Shown: positions 10,259-24,792, counted from the first letter of the stretch. The stretch: DNA of 64,000 bases from Chiloscyllium plagiosum (GCF_004010195.1 NC_057719.1:43103789-43167788); one strand, 5' to 3'. The notes: generated by a model not told the origin, from the sequence alone. A program made the numbers and translations.

Positions 10259-11693
10259 TTCCATTTAGGAAACCTGGTCAACATGGACAGGTTGGACCGA
10301 AGGGTCTGTTTCCGTGATATATGACTCACTGATTACCAGCATGTCTTTTTAGCTTGGCAGCAGTATTCGTCAGGTGGAAAATGCCATTTGTGTTGCTACT
10401 GCATTGTAGCAAGGTGATATTATTAACTTGGCCTGTTGCCCCAAATTTTGGGATACCTTGCCCTTCTGAGCACTTTTAGGTTTAAAAGTAAGGATAATCA
10501 GTTGTTAGAAGTAAATGGTCGTTCAAAAAGTAAGAACTCCTATGTCATGGCATGGAACTGTTTTTTCTATAACCAGGTTCTTGATTTAATGTCTCATGCA
10601 TTTGTGACAGTGCAGGTTATATGTTCTGGAGTGGAGCTTGAACACCCAATCTTATGACTCTAAAGTAAACGTACTGCCATTGATTCAAAGTCCACATGAA
10701 TGGAAAAAAAATAACTTCACACTTTATTTAATTCATAAAGATGATGATTATTGTGCATTTGACACCTCATTTATGAAACTACAACATTGTACTGTTTAAC
10801 ATTTACTAATAAATGAGGACATACACACACTGGTACGGTCCAGTTCTGCCAGATCCAAAATAAATCCAGTTACGTGGAAGAGATTAAAAAGTTTACCAGG
10901 AGGTCAAAGCTAACATATAATGCCAGCGATAAGCTTTCTTATAGATCTAAATGCCACATCTAGGAAGGAGGTACAATCTAAAGTTGGTTTTCTCTGTATT
11001 GACACCTTAGGTAAATGCAGACTGTTTGAATAGGTTTTGAGATTTAACAGGGAATGTTAATTTATTTTAAGAAAGTGCCATCTTCAATGCCATTATTGTT
11101 TTTCTCCAGGAATATCCTGGAGATTAATCTTTAAATCCTGGCAATTGCAAGAAAATCCTGGGATCTAGCAACCATCAGTGAAACATTATAAGGCCTGTCT
11201 CCCACACCAATGGTTGGTCAGTATGGCAGATGCATCAATTTTGTGTATTGTGGACAAGACTCAGCACAAACTATGCCGTTAGATAGTTATGATATGACTA
11301 CAAGTGACCAGTGTTGGAGTAAAATGAGAGTGGAGAGAGCAAAATGGAGAAATAGTGAGATTGTAAGGCTCAGGAAGTTTGGAGGTTGGGAAGAATAATG
11401 CCAAGAAGCAATTCAAATACATGAATTGTTCATTTTAATGGTTGTATCTGTGAGAGAATATAGAGAAAGTAGCAAGGTAAGAATGTTGTCCGAAAACACA
11501 CAAGCTCTCTGTGAATTCAATTTGGATAACATTGAATTAAAAGTGCATAGCTGTCTGAATGAAAAGTAAATTTCATTAAATTTTATCCAACTGAATTACA
11601 GTTTTACAATTAACTAGTGCACCTTTCTTAATGTACAGGTGTTCACTGAGTTCTATTTAGAAACATCTCTGGTTTGTTCCTTTAAAAATGTAT

Positions 11694-12043
11694 GTGGCAC
11701 GGTGGCTCAGTGGTTAGCACTGCTGCCTCACAGCTCCAGGGACTGGGGTTCAGTTCCACCCTGGGGTGACAGTCTGTGTGGAGTTTACACATTCCCTGTG
11801 TCTGTATGGGTTTCCTCTGGGTGCTCCAGTTTCCTCTTGCATTTCAAAGCTGTGCAGGTTAGGTGGAATGGCCATGCTGAATTGCCCATGGTGTCCAGCT
11901 GTCTACAGTCTAGGTGGGTTAGCTATAAGAAATGCAGGATGGCAAGTTAGGGGGTGGGTCTGGGTAGGATGCTCTTCAGAGGATCAGTGTAGACTCGGGT
12001 GGAACGGCCTGCTTCTACGTTGTAAGGATTCTATGATTCCATG
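11694..12043 (+). mobile_element. tRNA-derived V-type SINE (HE1-like)
   Basis: ggcacggtggctcagtggttagcactgctgcctcacagc head, V-domain and gattctatgatt tail. Confidence 0.88.
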
Positions 12044-13454
12044 CTTTGATTTATAATTACCATAATTTTAATAAACAATAAAGTCCTGATGTTTGCATTC
12101 CCCAAACCTGGTAAAACAGTGATTTTCACACTTGGTGAACTGTATGCAGTTTCTACTCGAGAAAGGAAGTTTTATTTTAATCATTTTTCTTTAAAGCTGA
12201 AGATAAGCAAAGGTCAGACTTGCAATGGACAAAGAGGTGCACAGGACGTTTTGTGTGGATAAGCAAATTTGTGAAAGGCAAAAACATGAAGGGCAGGGCT
12301 TTATGGCATGATTCCAAACCAAACCAGACTGGCTGTAATCCACTCATTACCACTAGGTGGTGCTCTTTGGCACTATAGCCAGAGATTGTCATCTGAGATC
12401 AACCAAGACGTAATTTTAAACATTTCTATAATTATTTAATTTGCATTGTTGACTGTTAAGAGTTACACAAAACCAGGCAGATCTACAAATACTGCAGGGA
12501 TTTAAATATAAAGGATCGTATTGTTAAAACTATTTAATGCGATATGATGGACCACACAGTCTTAAGGTTGGATTTAATGAGAGGCCTAACTGCACAGTAA
12601 TTGTGAAATAGTTCCTTTACTTTTTTTTTTAACAAATTAGGGTCAAAGGATATCTGTTGCATAATACAAACAATTTTATTTTTAGATTATGTTTCACTTT
12701 TAGTCAAAATTTTCTTGAGACCACCAGAACACATTCCTGACATTAACAGATCGTTGACTTTTACTTTGGTCAGTGGGATATTAAAAAGCCAGAGCTAAAT
12801 GCTAAAAAGAGGGTAACAAATCAAGCAACTTCTCATAAAGCTTTTCTGGGCATACTGAGAACAGAAGAGTAATTTCAAACTTTATGCCTCACTCTAAATA
12901 CAAGTCCTGTCATGTAAGCGATTTGTACAATATCCTGGTTCTCTTGGCTCGAGCCAACAAACTGTAGGTGTCCCAACCTCAAAGTCCCAGGACCTGATCA
13001 AAACTTTAATCGCCATGCTCATTTCTTTCCTGATGAAACTGATCCAGTCTTGTGACAAATGCCTCTTCTGAAGCCATCCAGGCAATTGCACTAATATCTA
13101 ATAAAGTAAGACCCCAACTAACGTTTGTCATACATACCAAGATCAGGCCTTCATGTAGACTGCAAGTCATTGGCCATGATTCAGACTTCCAGGTTGATAC
13201 ACGTAAATCATAAAGGGCTAGTAGATCATAGATTACAGGACGGGGAGGCCACAGTTGTGTCTGTGTCATCTGCTGCCTTGTCCTACAGCCCTGCAAACCT
13301 GTTAATTTTAGATGTTGGTCAAGTTCACTTCATGCCTTGATTGAACCTGCCTCCTTCACACACTCAGGCAGAGCATTTCAGATTCTGATCAGTTTCTGCG
13401 TGAACATGGTTTTCCTTTGATAACTGTTGCTTCTTTTACCAATGTCTGAGAGGC

Positions 13455-15830
13455 CCTGGTGCAGCCCAAACTGAGCACCACTATTCTTTTGTGAATGCTG
13501 CTTGATAGGACTGTGGATTACACCTTCCATCACTATGCCGAAGATCAAAAATAGATTGAGGAAATAATTGGCTTGGTGGATTTGACCTGCTTTTTGTGTA
13601 CGGGATATAATGGAACTGCTTGGCTAGTAGTCTTTACTATGAATGCTGGAATGTTGTCAGGGCCAGTAGCCTCTGCATTACTCATCATGTTCAGCCATTT
13701 CTTCATGTCATGTGGAATTATTTGAGTTGGTTGAAAACTACCATGTGTTATGCAAGACACCTCAGGAAAAGGCTGAGATGAGTCATCTACTCTATGCCTC
13801 TGGCTGAATATGGATGCAAATGGTTCAGCTTTATCTTTTATACTGATAAGTTGGGATCCCCCATCATTGAGATAGCGGATATTTGTAGAGGGTAGACAAT
13901 TACCCTCTAATTGTCCATCATCATTCATGACTGGACATGGGAGAACTGCAGAGCTTTGACTTGATCTGTTCGTTTTGGGTTCATTTAACCAAATAAAGGC
14001 ATGCTGCTGCTACTGTTTAGCATGTAAGTAATCCTACATTGTAGTTTCACCAGATTGATACCTCCAAGATGATGTATTTGAGGAAATCCTGCAATAGGGG
14101 CATTCCCTCTGATCTGAATGTTTTAATATATCAGATTTATTCATATTCTGATAGATAGTGGGTAATTCATTGCAGACAGTAATATTGCATCAAAATGTGG
14201 ATGTCCAGATTTGTTCTGATAAGTTCTACCTTGGACTCTATAATCAAAGAATGAGCAAACCAGGTGGCTTTTTGATGGAGGACAATTGATATGAACTTGG
14301 AACTGAGACATTGAAGTGTCAAGATAGGATTTTAATTTATCTCTCCAATATAAAAACCCATTTTCTTGTGTGCCCTCATCCTTCAGGTGCCCTTGTCCTC
14401 CTAGGTAGGAGAGGTTTCAGGTTTGGAAGGTGCTGTCAAGGGATATTTAGTGAGTTGCTGCAGTATATCTTCCAGATGATATACGCTGCTGGGGAGGTAA
14501 ATGGGGAGTATTCCATCACACTTCGAACTTGTGCTTTGTTCAGACCATTCTGCTCTAATTCAACAGTTGTGTTCCTCTGCAACCTTGCTCAGTAGAAAAT
14601 TGCACTATGGAAAACCACCATAGAAAAGTGCACTGTAGAAGATCGCTAAAGAAAATCACTATACTTGTTCAGCAAAAAGTTTGCGTTTTCCAAACAGCAT
14701 CCACAATTTGTCAATCGTGTAATAGACCATTCATGTTGACAAAATGCGCATTACACCAGAACAACCTGTAGATCTTCTTTCACTGTAGCTGGGTCCAAAT
14801 CCTCGAACTTCCTCTTTGGATGTGCCTACACTGCAGAAGGCAACTCACTTTCACCTTCTCGTTGCCAATGAATGTTGGCAGTGATGCCCACATTGTGTGA
14901 TTGAATTTAAATGTCAAATTATGAACAGGGCTTTGAGGTGTCAGGTGACTTATTCACTGTAGAATTCCCAGCCTCTGACCTGTTCATATAGCCATAATAT
15001 TTATATGGTGGGTCTCATTTCTTTTCAAGTCAGTGGTAATAAATACCAGGATATTGATGTTGGGGATATCAGAAATTATGCTGCTGTAGACTGTAAAGGG
15101 AGGAGTATTGGACTCTCTCTTTTTGGAAATGCTTATTGCCTGGCATTCATGTTATTTGCCACTTACCAACCTAAACTTAAATGTTATCTTGAGTCTTGCC
15201 AAATGCAAGCACAGAATGCTTATGTATCAGTGGAGTTGTGAATGGTACCGATCATTGCTGTTGTCAATAAGCAACTTATGACCTAGTGATGGTGGGAAAA
15301 TTATTGATGCAGCTAAGATTTTTGTTATAACATTGTTCTGAGAAACACGTGCAGTAGTCTTGAGGCTTTAATAATTATCCTCCAACAGGCGCAACCATCA
15401 TTCTTTGTGCTAGAGATGGTTCCTTGATGCCACACTCAGGAAAATTCTGTCTTGATGTCAAGGGTGGACCCTCTCTCCTTTTAGAGTTCATCTCTTCTGT
15501 CCACTTCTATCCTAAATGAGGTGTGGTACCAAATGTCTATAGGCAAAACTGTAACTGACAATAGGTGAGCAGCTTGTCGCTGAGTAAATGCCATTTGATA
15601 GCACTGCCTGGGAAACCTTCCATCACTTTGATTGAAAGTAAACTGATGGGAGATGATGACTCCTATTTGATTTGTCCTGCTTTTTGTGGACAGAATATGC
15701 CTGGGCAACCCTTCACATTACATGATGGACGCCAATATTCTATCTGTACTGGAACAGCTCACTAAGTGCATGGTTAGTTCTAGAGCACAAGTCTTCACTA
15801 TCACAACCAGGATGGTTTCAAAGCCCATAG
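13455..15830 (-). mobile_element. Scattered decayed fragments of the same CR1/L2-group LINE
   Basis: ORF 13545-13928 (KDKAEPFASIFSQ...ATGPDNIPA) parallels 60981-61232. Further matching pieces lie at 14370-15830. Confidence 0.6.
14541..14768. mobile_element. Tigger-like MITE inserted in a LINE fragment
   Basis: Ends cagaccattctgctctaa ... ttacaccagaacaacctg|ta. The host sequence reads through (ttgtgctttgt|agat). Confidence 0.5.
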
Positions 15831-18661
15831 CTGTGTTGCAGACTCGGATCAAATGTATTCCTAGAGGTCTCAGCACCTGATTTGCCCCATGTGGCGCATG
15901 GCTTTCCTATGCCAATTGGAAAGTGAAAAGCTTCAGCATCACTACCCAACTGGATGATGCTTGACTAATCGTCAAACAGGCAGATCTTTTTGGTCACATT
16001 TTCAATATTTTTTTACCTGTTCCAACAAAACAACATGCACTCAGTAGTGTCCTGGAGATGAATCTCCAATTCCTGGAGACTCCATGACATTCCTGGTGAG
16101 TTTGAAAACCTATCCCCCACACTTGGCTGCTTTTATAAACTTACACTATTTCCTGATATCACGTGTATTCAATTGCCTGAAAATTGCCTTCTAGAAATGA
16201 CCTTTGGATGAGGCTGAGATGGATGTTCTCCACAGCACTTCCGATGAAGGTTGGTTGCATATGTTCCAGTCTTGTCTCTCGCACTTACATACTAGGTTCT
16301 GCCATCATTAAGGATCAGCAAGCTTTGGAGTCTCTTTCTCAGATTAGCTTGATTGTTTTCATTATTATGCACAAATTGGACAGGGACATTAGGCAATTAT
16401 TGCTAAATTTAAAACTTCTGAAGTTGCTACGTACAATGCGATCCCTCACCTTAAGCTGTACAAAACCTCACTGGCTCCCCATTCAGATATGTTGAATGGT
16501 ATATTGTTCATGCAGTGACTTTGAAGATATTGTCTACGCTTACTGTAAAATAAAAGTTAGGGCTTGACAATTCGAGTTATTAGCAGTGTGGTATGTTTTA
16601 ATTACTTCCAAACAACCCCTCTGTCCTAGAAAATGAAGGAGTACAAGTATGACATTTCATTCCTTCAGTTTTTAATTAATGTTTACTTTGCCTCTCAGTG
16701 TTTCTCAATCCAAACTACTTTTGTCACCATCCCCTCTCTTTTGTTTTCTGTACCCAATTTGATACTTCACAATTCTAACTGACACACTCCGTGCTGCTAA
16801 TGAACAATTCTTCAATCTCGTTGTATGTGTGCCTGTTCACATATGTCTACAATGTGCTGCAACATTCAAATGTCCCACTGACAGCAATGTCCTGTGGAAA
16901 ACACAATAAAAACACTAAGCGCTCAGGCCAATCTTTCCCTCCATGCTGCAAAATCTAATGCAATAAAGTTTATTGTTTCTTTATTTGACCTTTTAGTTTC
17001 CTGTAACCAAATGGGTAGCACTATGAATCTTGAACTCAATAATGTCTAGCACTTAAAGTGAATGGTCACAATTAAATATTGATATTGTTCATTCATTATT
17101 AATAGCTAATCATTTACCAAAATCCTTAGTATTAACAACTAGCATTAATAGACCTGTATTCAAAATATACAATGCATTATACATATTTGTTGTTAGTACT
17201 ATACAAGCTGAGACTTCACAGAATTAACCAGTTAACATCAAATTTGCCTATATTACTGCACAATATACTTTTCACTGAGAACGCACAACAATCTTGCTTT
17301 GAAATTTTGTTATTGAAAGGATGGCATTTAAAATGATTGGTTAATGTAAATATTTTAGTTTTGAATTGACAATTGAAGAAAGATAACATAAACAAACAAG
17401 TCAAATTTTAAAGAAGGTCCAGGAACAGAGACCCCATGGGTTTACAACCATAAATCTTTGAAGATGCAGATGGGTTAGTTAGTTGTTTTTGTTTCTAAAA
17501 GGTATATGGCTTCTTGTCTCTATACAGGATACTAAAGCAAAGTGATTTATAAACCACTGGCTCAGCCTCAGGTACAATATTGTGTCCAAATCGGGGCATC
17601 ACACTTTAGGACTGATGACAAGACTTTGGATGGAGTGCTGAGGAGATTTCCTCGGAAAATATCAGAGATGAAGGATTTCAGGTGTATGGCAAAACTGGAG
17701 AAGGCTGAGGAGAGATTTAGTAACAACACTATGGCTGTCTCTACATCGAGGGATTGTAGTGGTTCATGGTGCCAACAAATTATCATCATCTCCTGGGCAA
17801 TTAGGAATGGCAATAAATGTGAGCTAGCTAGCAATGCCCAAATCCCATGAACAAATAAAATGAAATAATACTAAAGTAAAATGGAGGGGTTTCAATAGTG
17901 TAAATCCACTGGCAGCATGGTCAGTAACCAGAGGGCACAGATTTAATTGGCAGAATAACCGCGGTGTAATACTTTTTACATAACAAATGATTATGATCTG
18001 AAATGCAGTGCTTAGAAGGGATAGTGGAAGCAGATGCTATAATAACTTGCAAAGGAAAATGGATAAATACATTAATGGGGAAAAATAGCAGAGCTATTGG
18101 AAAGGAGCAGCGGTTTGAGCATTAGCTCTTTCAAACACCAACCCTGACATAATGAACCAAATGGCTTCCTACTGTACTGTATGATTGCATCTTCCTATTG
18201 CATTTTGATTATTATCAGATTAATTAAACAATCTGTTTAGCAGTAAATGAAGTTTGTTCAAGATCTGTTCATTCCCAGTTTAGTTTTAACTTGGAAATGC
18301 TGTCCTAGAAGAATTTATTTTAATTTGTGAAAATGAATTCTCTTTCACCATTAAAATGACGAAGTATTTTTTGTGCAAAGTTTTCAAATTTATTTTGCAT
18401 TCCACAATATTTATCTCAACATTATACTTAGCTTTACAGCTAAGGAATTTGATGATTGCTTTTTTCCCAAAGTTGTGCATTTGTTGCAAGAAGTCTTTAT
18501 TTAATGATGTAACTCAATAGGTAAATTACTACCCATAGAATCATAACCATGGATCTAATTTGTTATCCCACAACTAGTATGGATTATCAATATTTTGCGT
18601 ATTTTTGTTCAGATTGACTTACACTTTATGCTCCCCTCTCCCTTTGTGTCTGTTTTTATAG

Positions 18662-18793
18662 GACATTGGACAAAGTGACCTCCAGTTTCTGGAGGATACA
18701 ATGGCCTGCAGTTCAGACCTGGAGAAGACTGGTGAATTACCAGAAGTTACTACAGTTTCTGAAAACGGCACCAAAGCACTAATCCAAACCAGG
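18662..18793 (+). CDS. CLBA1: Internal coding exon of CLBA1-like gene
   Basis: Long pyrimidine tract ending tttttatag; 132 nt, phase 0/0, in frame with the previous exon. Encodes DIGQSDLQFLEDTMACSSDLEKTGELPEVTTVSENGTKALIQTR; KALIQT(R/K) resembles the CLBA1 C-terminal region as I recall it. Donor agg|gtaaaa at 18794. Confidence 0.8.
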
Positions 18794-21700
18794 GTAAAAG
18801 AAAAATATGTACATAGTTACTAAATTTGAATTGCTGTTCCTTCTTATAAAATGGGTACTAATTTTAAAATGTCTGTACTCCGTAATGTTTGTTTTGTTTG
18901 TGAGGAGATTTGTTGTTTGCCACTATTGCAGAAAATTTTAGAAACATTTTATTTTACTTGTAGTCGTGAACTAAGATGTCAGAATCTTACCATCTGGGTG
19001 AAGAGGGAGAACTCGGTGGCTGTCCGGGTGCTTCTCTACATAATCACATGAATTCAGCAATGAAGAAGGGTTTGATTCATGAAGGCACCTGCTGGGGTCA
19101 ACAGTCCTCTGTCATTACTAAACCCTCTCCTTCCTCAGCATCTCGGGTCTTTTTGCATGTTGCCTTTGTTATTGGAATATTCTGGTTAAATTTACCTATA
19201 ATAGATCAAACCAAGCACATAAAGATGGCTGGCTTCACTCTTTACCACTGTTCTCACTTCACTTTTTTACATAACAGTTGATAACCAATGCTGTTCTACT
19301 CAATCAAGGGAATTTTCCATAATCAGGTGGGATGTATGAATTATACAACATTGCTTCACCCATATTGAAAGGAAAATTAATCAGCCACACATAACAAATG
19401 TTAAAGGCACAGAGTTTGAGGTGAAGATATGGACTGTTTTGGGCACACCTGAGGAAAGATCCTTACCCAGTTCAGCTCATCCTCATAACTGGAGTGTCTC
19501 AGTTCTGGTGTCATCTTTGTAAATCTTTTTTACACTTTATCCAGTGTTTCTATGTCCTGTTGTACGTTGGAGACAAGAACCAGAACAGGATGCCAAGTAA
19601 GTGAGCAGCCTGGTTCGTGTGATACTGGCCAGGAAGGGGAATGGAATCACTTGCTTCAGGATCCAAGAAATTGCAAGAAGTGCTGGAAATTGTGCAGTTA
19701 TCAATGAGGGTTTCCATTTCTTACATTTTATAATGGAGGAAAAGTCAGTGATGAAGCAGCTGAAGATAGTTGCTCCTTGGATACTACCCTGAGGAACTCC
19801 TGTAGCAATATCCTGTCATCTCACCGCAAACATCTTCCTTTCTGTTAGGTATGATTCCTAACAAGGTACAGTATTCCCCTGATTCCCATTGACTCCAGTT
19901 TTCCAGGGTTCTTGATTCCATACGTTTGCCAAAAGCTGCCTTAATGTCAAGGACAGTCACTCTCGCTTCACCCCTCACTTGGGAGCTATTGGGCCCGGTG
20001 ATCAAAGCTTGGACAAGGAACTAGGTTTTAAAAACCATCTTAAATGAAGGAGGGAGGGAGGGAAGCAGGCAGGCAGAGTTGTTTATCAGGGAGGATTTCT
20101 AAACCTTATCACTTTGGTGATTGTAAGCATGTCAGCAGTGGCACAATGATTACAATGAAACATGTCCAAGAGGCTGGAATTAGCTGAGTGCAGATATCTA
20201 ATGGATGAGAGGCTAGAGGCAATTAGAGGAGGGAGAGACAAAGTTAGGAGGGACAGTCAATGTGGAACTCACTAGTTATGTAAACTTACAGATAACTTCA
20301 GATATTCTAACTACAGAAAACATCAGGTAGTATCTTCATAGATTTTATTTGACTCTGTAATAATGTATGGATGATTGCATACCCAATTTAAAGTGACTTG
20401 TTCAATAAATGTGCATCAAAAGCATGCTAACTTTTCCGGAAATTAAGATATTCAATTTTGATGGAAATAGTTTTGGCAAGAATGATCTAGATGTTGCTTA
20501 AATGTCAGTACTTCCACAGAGATCATTTTTCATTTGATTACCAAAGGATGGTTTTATCCCAGCCTTCAATGGTGTCTGTTCTGATCATTTATTACCTTCA
20601 GGACAGCTCTTTACTCTTGACTTCAGCCACCTTTTACTTTTAACCATTACAGAGAAGATTGTTTTGCTATCATTCCGCCAGCTTAAGTTTTCAACACTTT
20701 CATCAGGATGGCCCACAAACGTAGGTGCAGCCTCTTATCCTGCGGAGTCTGTTTCCTTTCATTTGAAATTAATTGTTCCCTCTTCATTTGTATTTATTGT
20801 ACCTTCATAGGAAAGCCATGAATGTGCATCAATAAATATTAAACAGTCTAGGCTGTTTAAAATCCTATATTTATTAAGAATATGCACTACAGTGCTATAC
20901 AATCAAGTGATTACATTCAAAATTATATTGAAAATTCTGGCTCGAAACACCAAATTGTTCACATTTGTTAAAGGTGATTTATATTGCTCTATATTGGGTT
21001 GGTTGGTAGTAGCTATTGTATCATAAGTTCAGTCTCCAATCTAGAGAGTTACCAAGCTCAACATTATTGAACATAACTAAAGGAGCCTTGAACATGACCT
21101 GTTAAGTAAGGAGGAGTGGGGAAATTTCTCATCTCCATATTGGTTCATTCCACATCATAAGCAACATTGGACAATTTTTCCAGCGATTTGGCAGTACATT
21201 TCATTACATGCATAAGTAGGCAAAGAACAGAATCTGAAGTTTCATACTTTTTGCATAGAGGAAGAGTAAGGCTCTGCCCCCTTTTGTTTGGCTTTCTCAT
21301 TTTCTGATTGAAACCTCTCCATTGTATTGAGTGCACAAATGTCACTGCTATGTTGAACATTCCAATCTACATCCATTTCTAATAAATTAAAATGATCCAG
21401 AAATTGCAGTCATAGAGTCATAGAGATGTACAGCATGGAAACAGACCATTCAGTCCAACCTGTCCAGTCCTACAACATTAACCATGCCAACTTTTTAAAA
21501 ATTTATTTCCTGTGCATCAATGCAGTAATTTAACCAGCATGCTTTCCCCAAGTGTTCAATTCCTGATTTTGTTCCTGTTGCGTTAATCAGATTAGGAATC
21601 TCCCTGGAGCAAGGGAAGAAATTCCTGATTGGAGAAATCAATAGCAATTACTTCACAACAAAGTGAAAGAAGGAATTCTTTCAATGTACAATTTGTTTTG

Positions 21701-21825
21701 GAAAATGAACGACCATATCTAAAAGGTTAGATATAGCACTGGCTGTAAATGTTAACATTTCAGGGCTGTACATTATAAAGGTCTTGCTGAATTGTATTCA
21801 TGATCTTTAATTTGTTTGATTACAG

Positions 21826-21951
21826 ATCCCTGTAAGCGCTTTTCCAAGAACCGGCCGAAGTTTGACTCATCGACTTGAGAGTGTAGTTATCCAGTGGTTA
21901 CATTTAAATGGAAATAGAGTCCGAGAGGTGCCAAGGATCAAGAAAAGTTAA
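21826..21951 (+). CDS. CLBA1: Probable terminal or penultimate coding exon of CLBA1-like gene
   Basis: Acceptor tttgattacag (AG at 21824-21825). Phase-0 open frame IPVSAFPRTGRSLTHRLESVVIQWLHLNGNRVREVPRIKKS* with TAA at 21949-21951. An overlapping possible donor (a|gttaat) lies at 21947. Confidence 0.65.
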   Translation: MPVSAFPRTGRSLTHRLESVVIQWLHLNGNRVREVPRIKKS

Positions 21952-22167
21952 TTATTTCTGTAATACAAAATTTAAAATGTTAACATTTTGTACTTTACCT
22001 CTTTTTCCCTAACACCAATTTATTTCAAACTGTCCATCCAAATTTTTAACTTTTATGTTATGGTCATTTTAGAATATTTAGCATTTCAAAATGTATTGCA
22101 ATTTGGTTACAGCATGAGTATTAAAGCAAATATAATTTAACAGTTTGACTAAAGGTATATTTAATTA

Positions 22168-24308
22168 TAGAGTCATAGAGATGTACAGCACAGTCCAACT
22201 CATCCATGCCAACTAGATAACCTAATCTAGTCCCATTTACCAGCACTTGACTCATATCCCTCTGAACCCTTCATATTAATATACCCATCCAGATGCCTTT
22301 TAAATGCTGTAATCGTACTAGCCTCCAAAACTTCCTCTGGCAGCTCATTTCATGCACACACTATCCTCTGTGTGAAAAGATTGCCCCTTAGATCCCTTTT
22401 ATATCTTTCCCCTCACACTCTGAACCTGTGCCCTCTACTTCTGGACTTCCCCACCCCAGGGAAAAGACCTTGTCTCTTTTTGTCCTATCCATGTCCATCA
22501 TGGTTTTTATAAACCTCTTTAAGGTCGCTCCTTATGATTTTATAAACCTCTATAAGGTCATCCTTCAGCCTCCAACGTTCCAGGGAAAACAGCCCCAACT
22601 CATTCAGCCTCTCCCTTTAAGCTCCCCCAACCCTGGCAACATCCTTGTACATCTTTTCTGAACCCTTTCAAGTTTCACAACATCCTTCCAATAGGAAGGA
22701 GACCGGAACTGCACGCAATATTCCAAAAGTGGCCTAATCAATGTCCTGTACACCCAAATGTGACCTCCCAACCCCTGTACTCAAGGCTCTGACCAATAAA
22801 GAAAAGCATACCAAATATCTTCACTATCCTATCGACCTGCAACTCTACTTTCAAGGAACTATGAATCTGCACTCCAAGGTCTCTTTGTTCAACAACACTC
22901 CATAGGACCTTTCCATTAAATGTATGAGTCCTGTTTTGATTTGATTTTTCAAAATGCAGCACCTCGCATTTATCTATATTAAACTCCATCTGCCACTCCT
23001 CAGCCCATTGACCCATCTGATCAAGATCCCATTGTAATCTGAGGTAACCTCCTTCGCTGTCCACTACACCTCCAATTTTGGTGTCATCTGCAAACATACT
23101 AACTATACATCTTATGTTCGCATCCAAATCCTCTGTATAAATGACAAAAAGCAGTGGGCCCAGCACCAATACTTATGGCACTCCACTGGTTACAGGACTC
23201 CAGTCTGAAAAACAACCCTCCACCAACACCTTCTGTCTTCTACCTTTGAGCCAGTTCTGTATCCCTATATTCCACGAGATCTGACCTTGCTAACCGGTCT
23301 CCCATGAGAAACTTTGTCGCATGCCTTACTGAAGTCCATATAGATCACGTCCACTGCTCTGCCCTCATCGATCTTCTTTGTTACTTCTTAAAAAAACTCT
23401 GTCAAGTTTGTGAGACATGATTTCCCATGCACAAAGCCATGTTGACTATCCCTAATCAATCCTCGCCTTTCCAAATGCATGTAAATTCTGTCCTTCAGGA
23501 TTCCCTCTGACAACTTGCTCACTGGTCTATTGTTCCCTGGCTTGTCCTTACCACCTTTTTAAAAAGTGGCACCACGTTAGCCAACCTCCAGTCTTCTGGC
23601 ACCTCACCTGTGACTATCGATGATACAAATATCTCAACAAGAGGCCCAGCAATCACTTCTCTAGCTTCCCATAGAGATCTAGGGTACAGCTGATCAGGTC
23701 CTGGGGATTTACCCTCTTTTATGTATTTCAAGACATCCAGCACTTCCTCCTTTGTACTATGGACATTTTGCAAGATGTCACCATCTATTTCCCCACTTTC
23801 TATATCTTCCATGTTCTTTTCCACAGTAAACATTGATACAAAATACTCATTTAGTATCTCCCCCATTTCCTATGGCTCCACACATAGGCTGCCTTGCTGA
23901 TCTTTGAGGGGCTGTATTCTCTCCCCAGTTACTCTTTTGTTCTTTAGGTGTTTATAAAATCCCTTTCGATTCACCTTAACTCTGTTCGCCAAAGCTATCT
24001 CATGTCCCCTTTTTGCCCTCCTGATTTCCCTCTTATGTATACTCCTACTGCCTTTACACTCTTCTAAGGATTCACTCAATCTTTCCTCTCCATACCTGAC
24101 ATATGCTTCCTTCTTTTTCTTAACCAAAACCTCAGTTGCTCTAGCCATCCAGCTTTCCCTATACGTATCAGCCTTTCCTTTCACCCCAGCAGGAATATGC
24201 TGTCTCTGGAGTCGTGTTATCTCATTTCTGAAGACTTCCCATTTTCCAGCCATCCCTTTACCTGCGAACATCTGCCTTCAATCAGCTTTTGAAAGTTCTT
24301 GCCTAATT
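22168..24308 (-). mobile_element. 5'-truncated CR1 LINE (RT region and 3' end)
   Basis: Minus-strand ORFs with KSPGPDQLYP, VPEDWRLANVVPLFKK and VLGPLLFVIY...FADDTKIGG; 3' tail atagagtcatagag at about 22168. Confidence 0.9.
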
Positions 24309-24374
24309 GTTTAAAGAAGTTTTCGTTCTTGGGATGTGGATGTCATTTGAATAGCTGCTGGTAATCATCCATCC

Positions 24375-24792
24375 CTGGTTAGAGATTTTTTTTTAAAACC
24401 TGCAGGTGCTGGAACCCAAGGTAGACAAGCAGGAGGCTGGGAGAACATAGCAAGCCAAGCAGCATCAGGAGGTGGAGAAGTCAACATTTCTGGTGTGCCT
24501 GCAGTTCAGGACTGGGGGTGGGTAGTAGGGGAACTGCAGTTAAAGCTGGTGGGGGGCAGGGTGGTGAGGTGGGGCTAGGTGAGGACAGGTAGAGGGTATG
24601 ACCTGGTTGGTCAATGGGAAGGATGCATCCAGTTGGTAGGTGGAGGATCACCTCACCAACCTGCTCCGCTATCCCCTTTAACTGCAGCTCCCCTTGCCCC
24701 CACCCCTACCCCCTGAAGAAGGGTTACACCCAAAACTTTGACTTGTCCACCTCCTAATGCTGCTGGCTTGCTGTGTTCTTCCAGCCTCCTGC
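24375..24792. mobile_element. Fold-back Penelope-derived insertion (family B)
   Basis: Inverted arms meeting near 24648; same repeat as 5450-5720. Flanks taatcatccatcc (24362-24374) and taaccatccatcc (24793-24805). Decayed hammerhead at 24713-24739. Confidence 0.78.

Larger units (their letters stand above)
8440..10330 (+). mobile_element. CR1 3' fragment interrupted by three younger insertions
   Basis: KFVDDTKIGG-type RT sequence from ~8500 and CR1 3' end (ggaccgaagggtctgtttcc) at ~10295. Interrupted at 8794, 9375 and ~9670. Confidence 0.8.

Noticed and set aside
11694..11765. tRNA-like sequences at SINE heads (also ~1510-1578, 28550-28615 and 57968-58035)
   Set aside because: The A/B boxes continue into V-domain and LINE-like tails, so these are SINE heads, not tRNA genes.
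12880..13330. Possible RTE 3' remnant on the minus strand
   Set aside because: Only a vague motif resemblance; not enough to call.
11090..16112. Two short related segments (~11100-11175 and ~16048-16112) with cctggaga repeats ending near gcaacc/aaaacc
   Set aside because: Probably ends of an old hAT-like MITE, but too decayed to define boundaries or TSDs.
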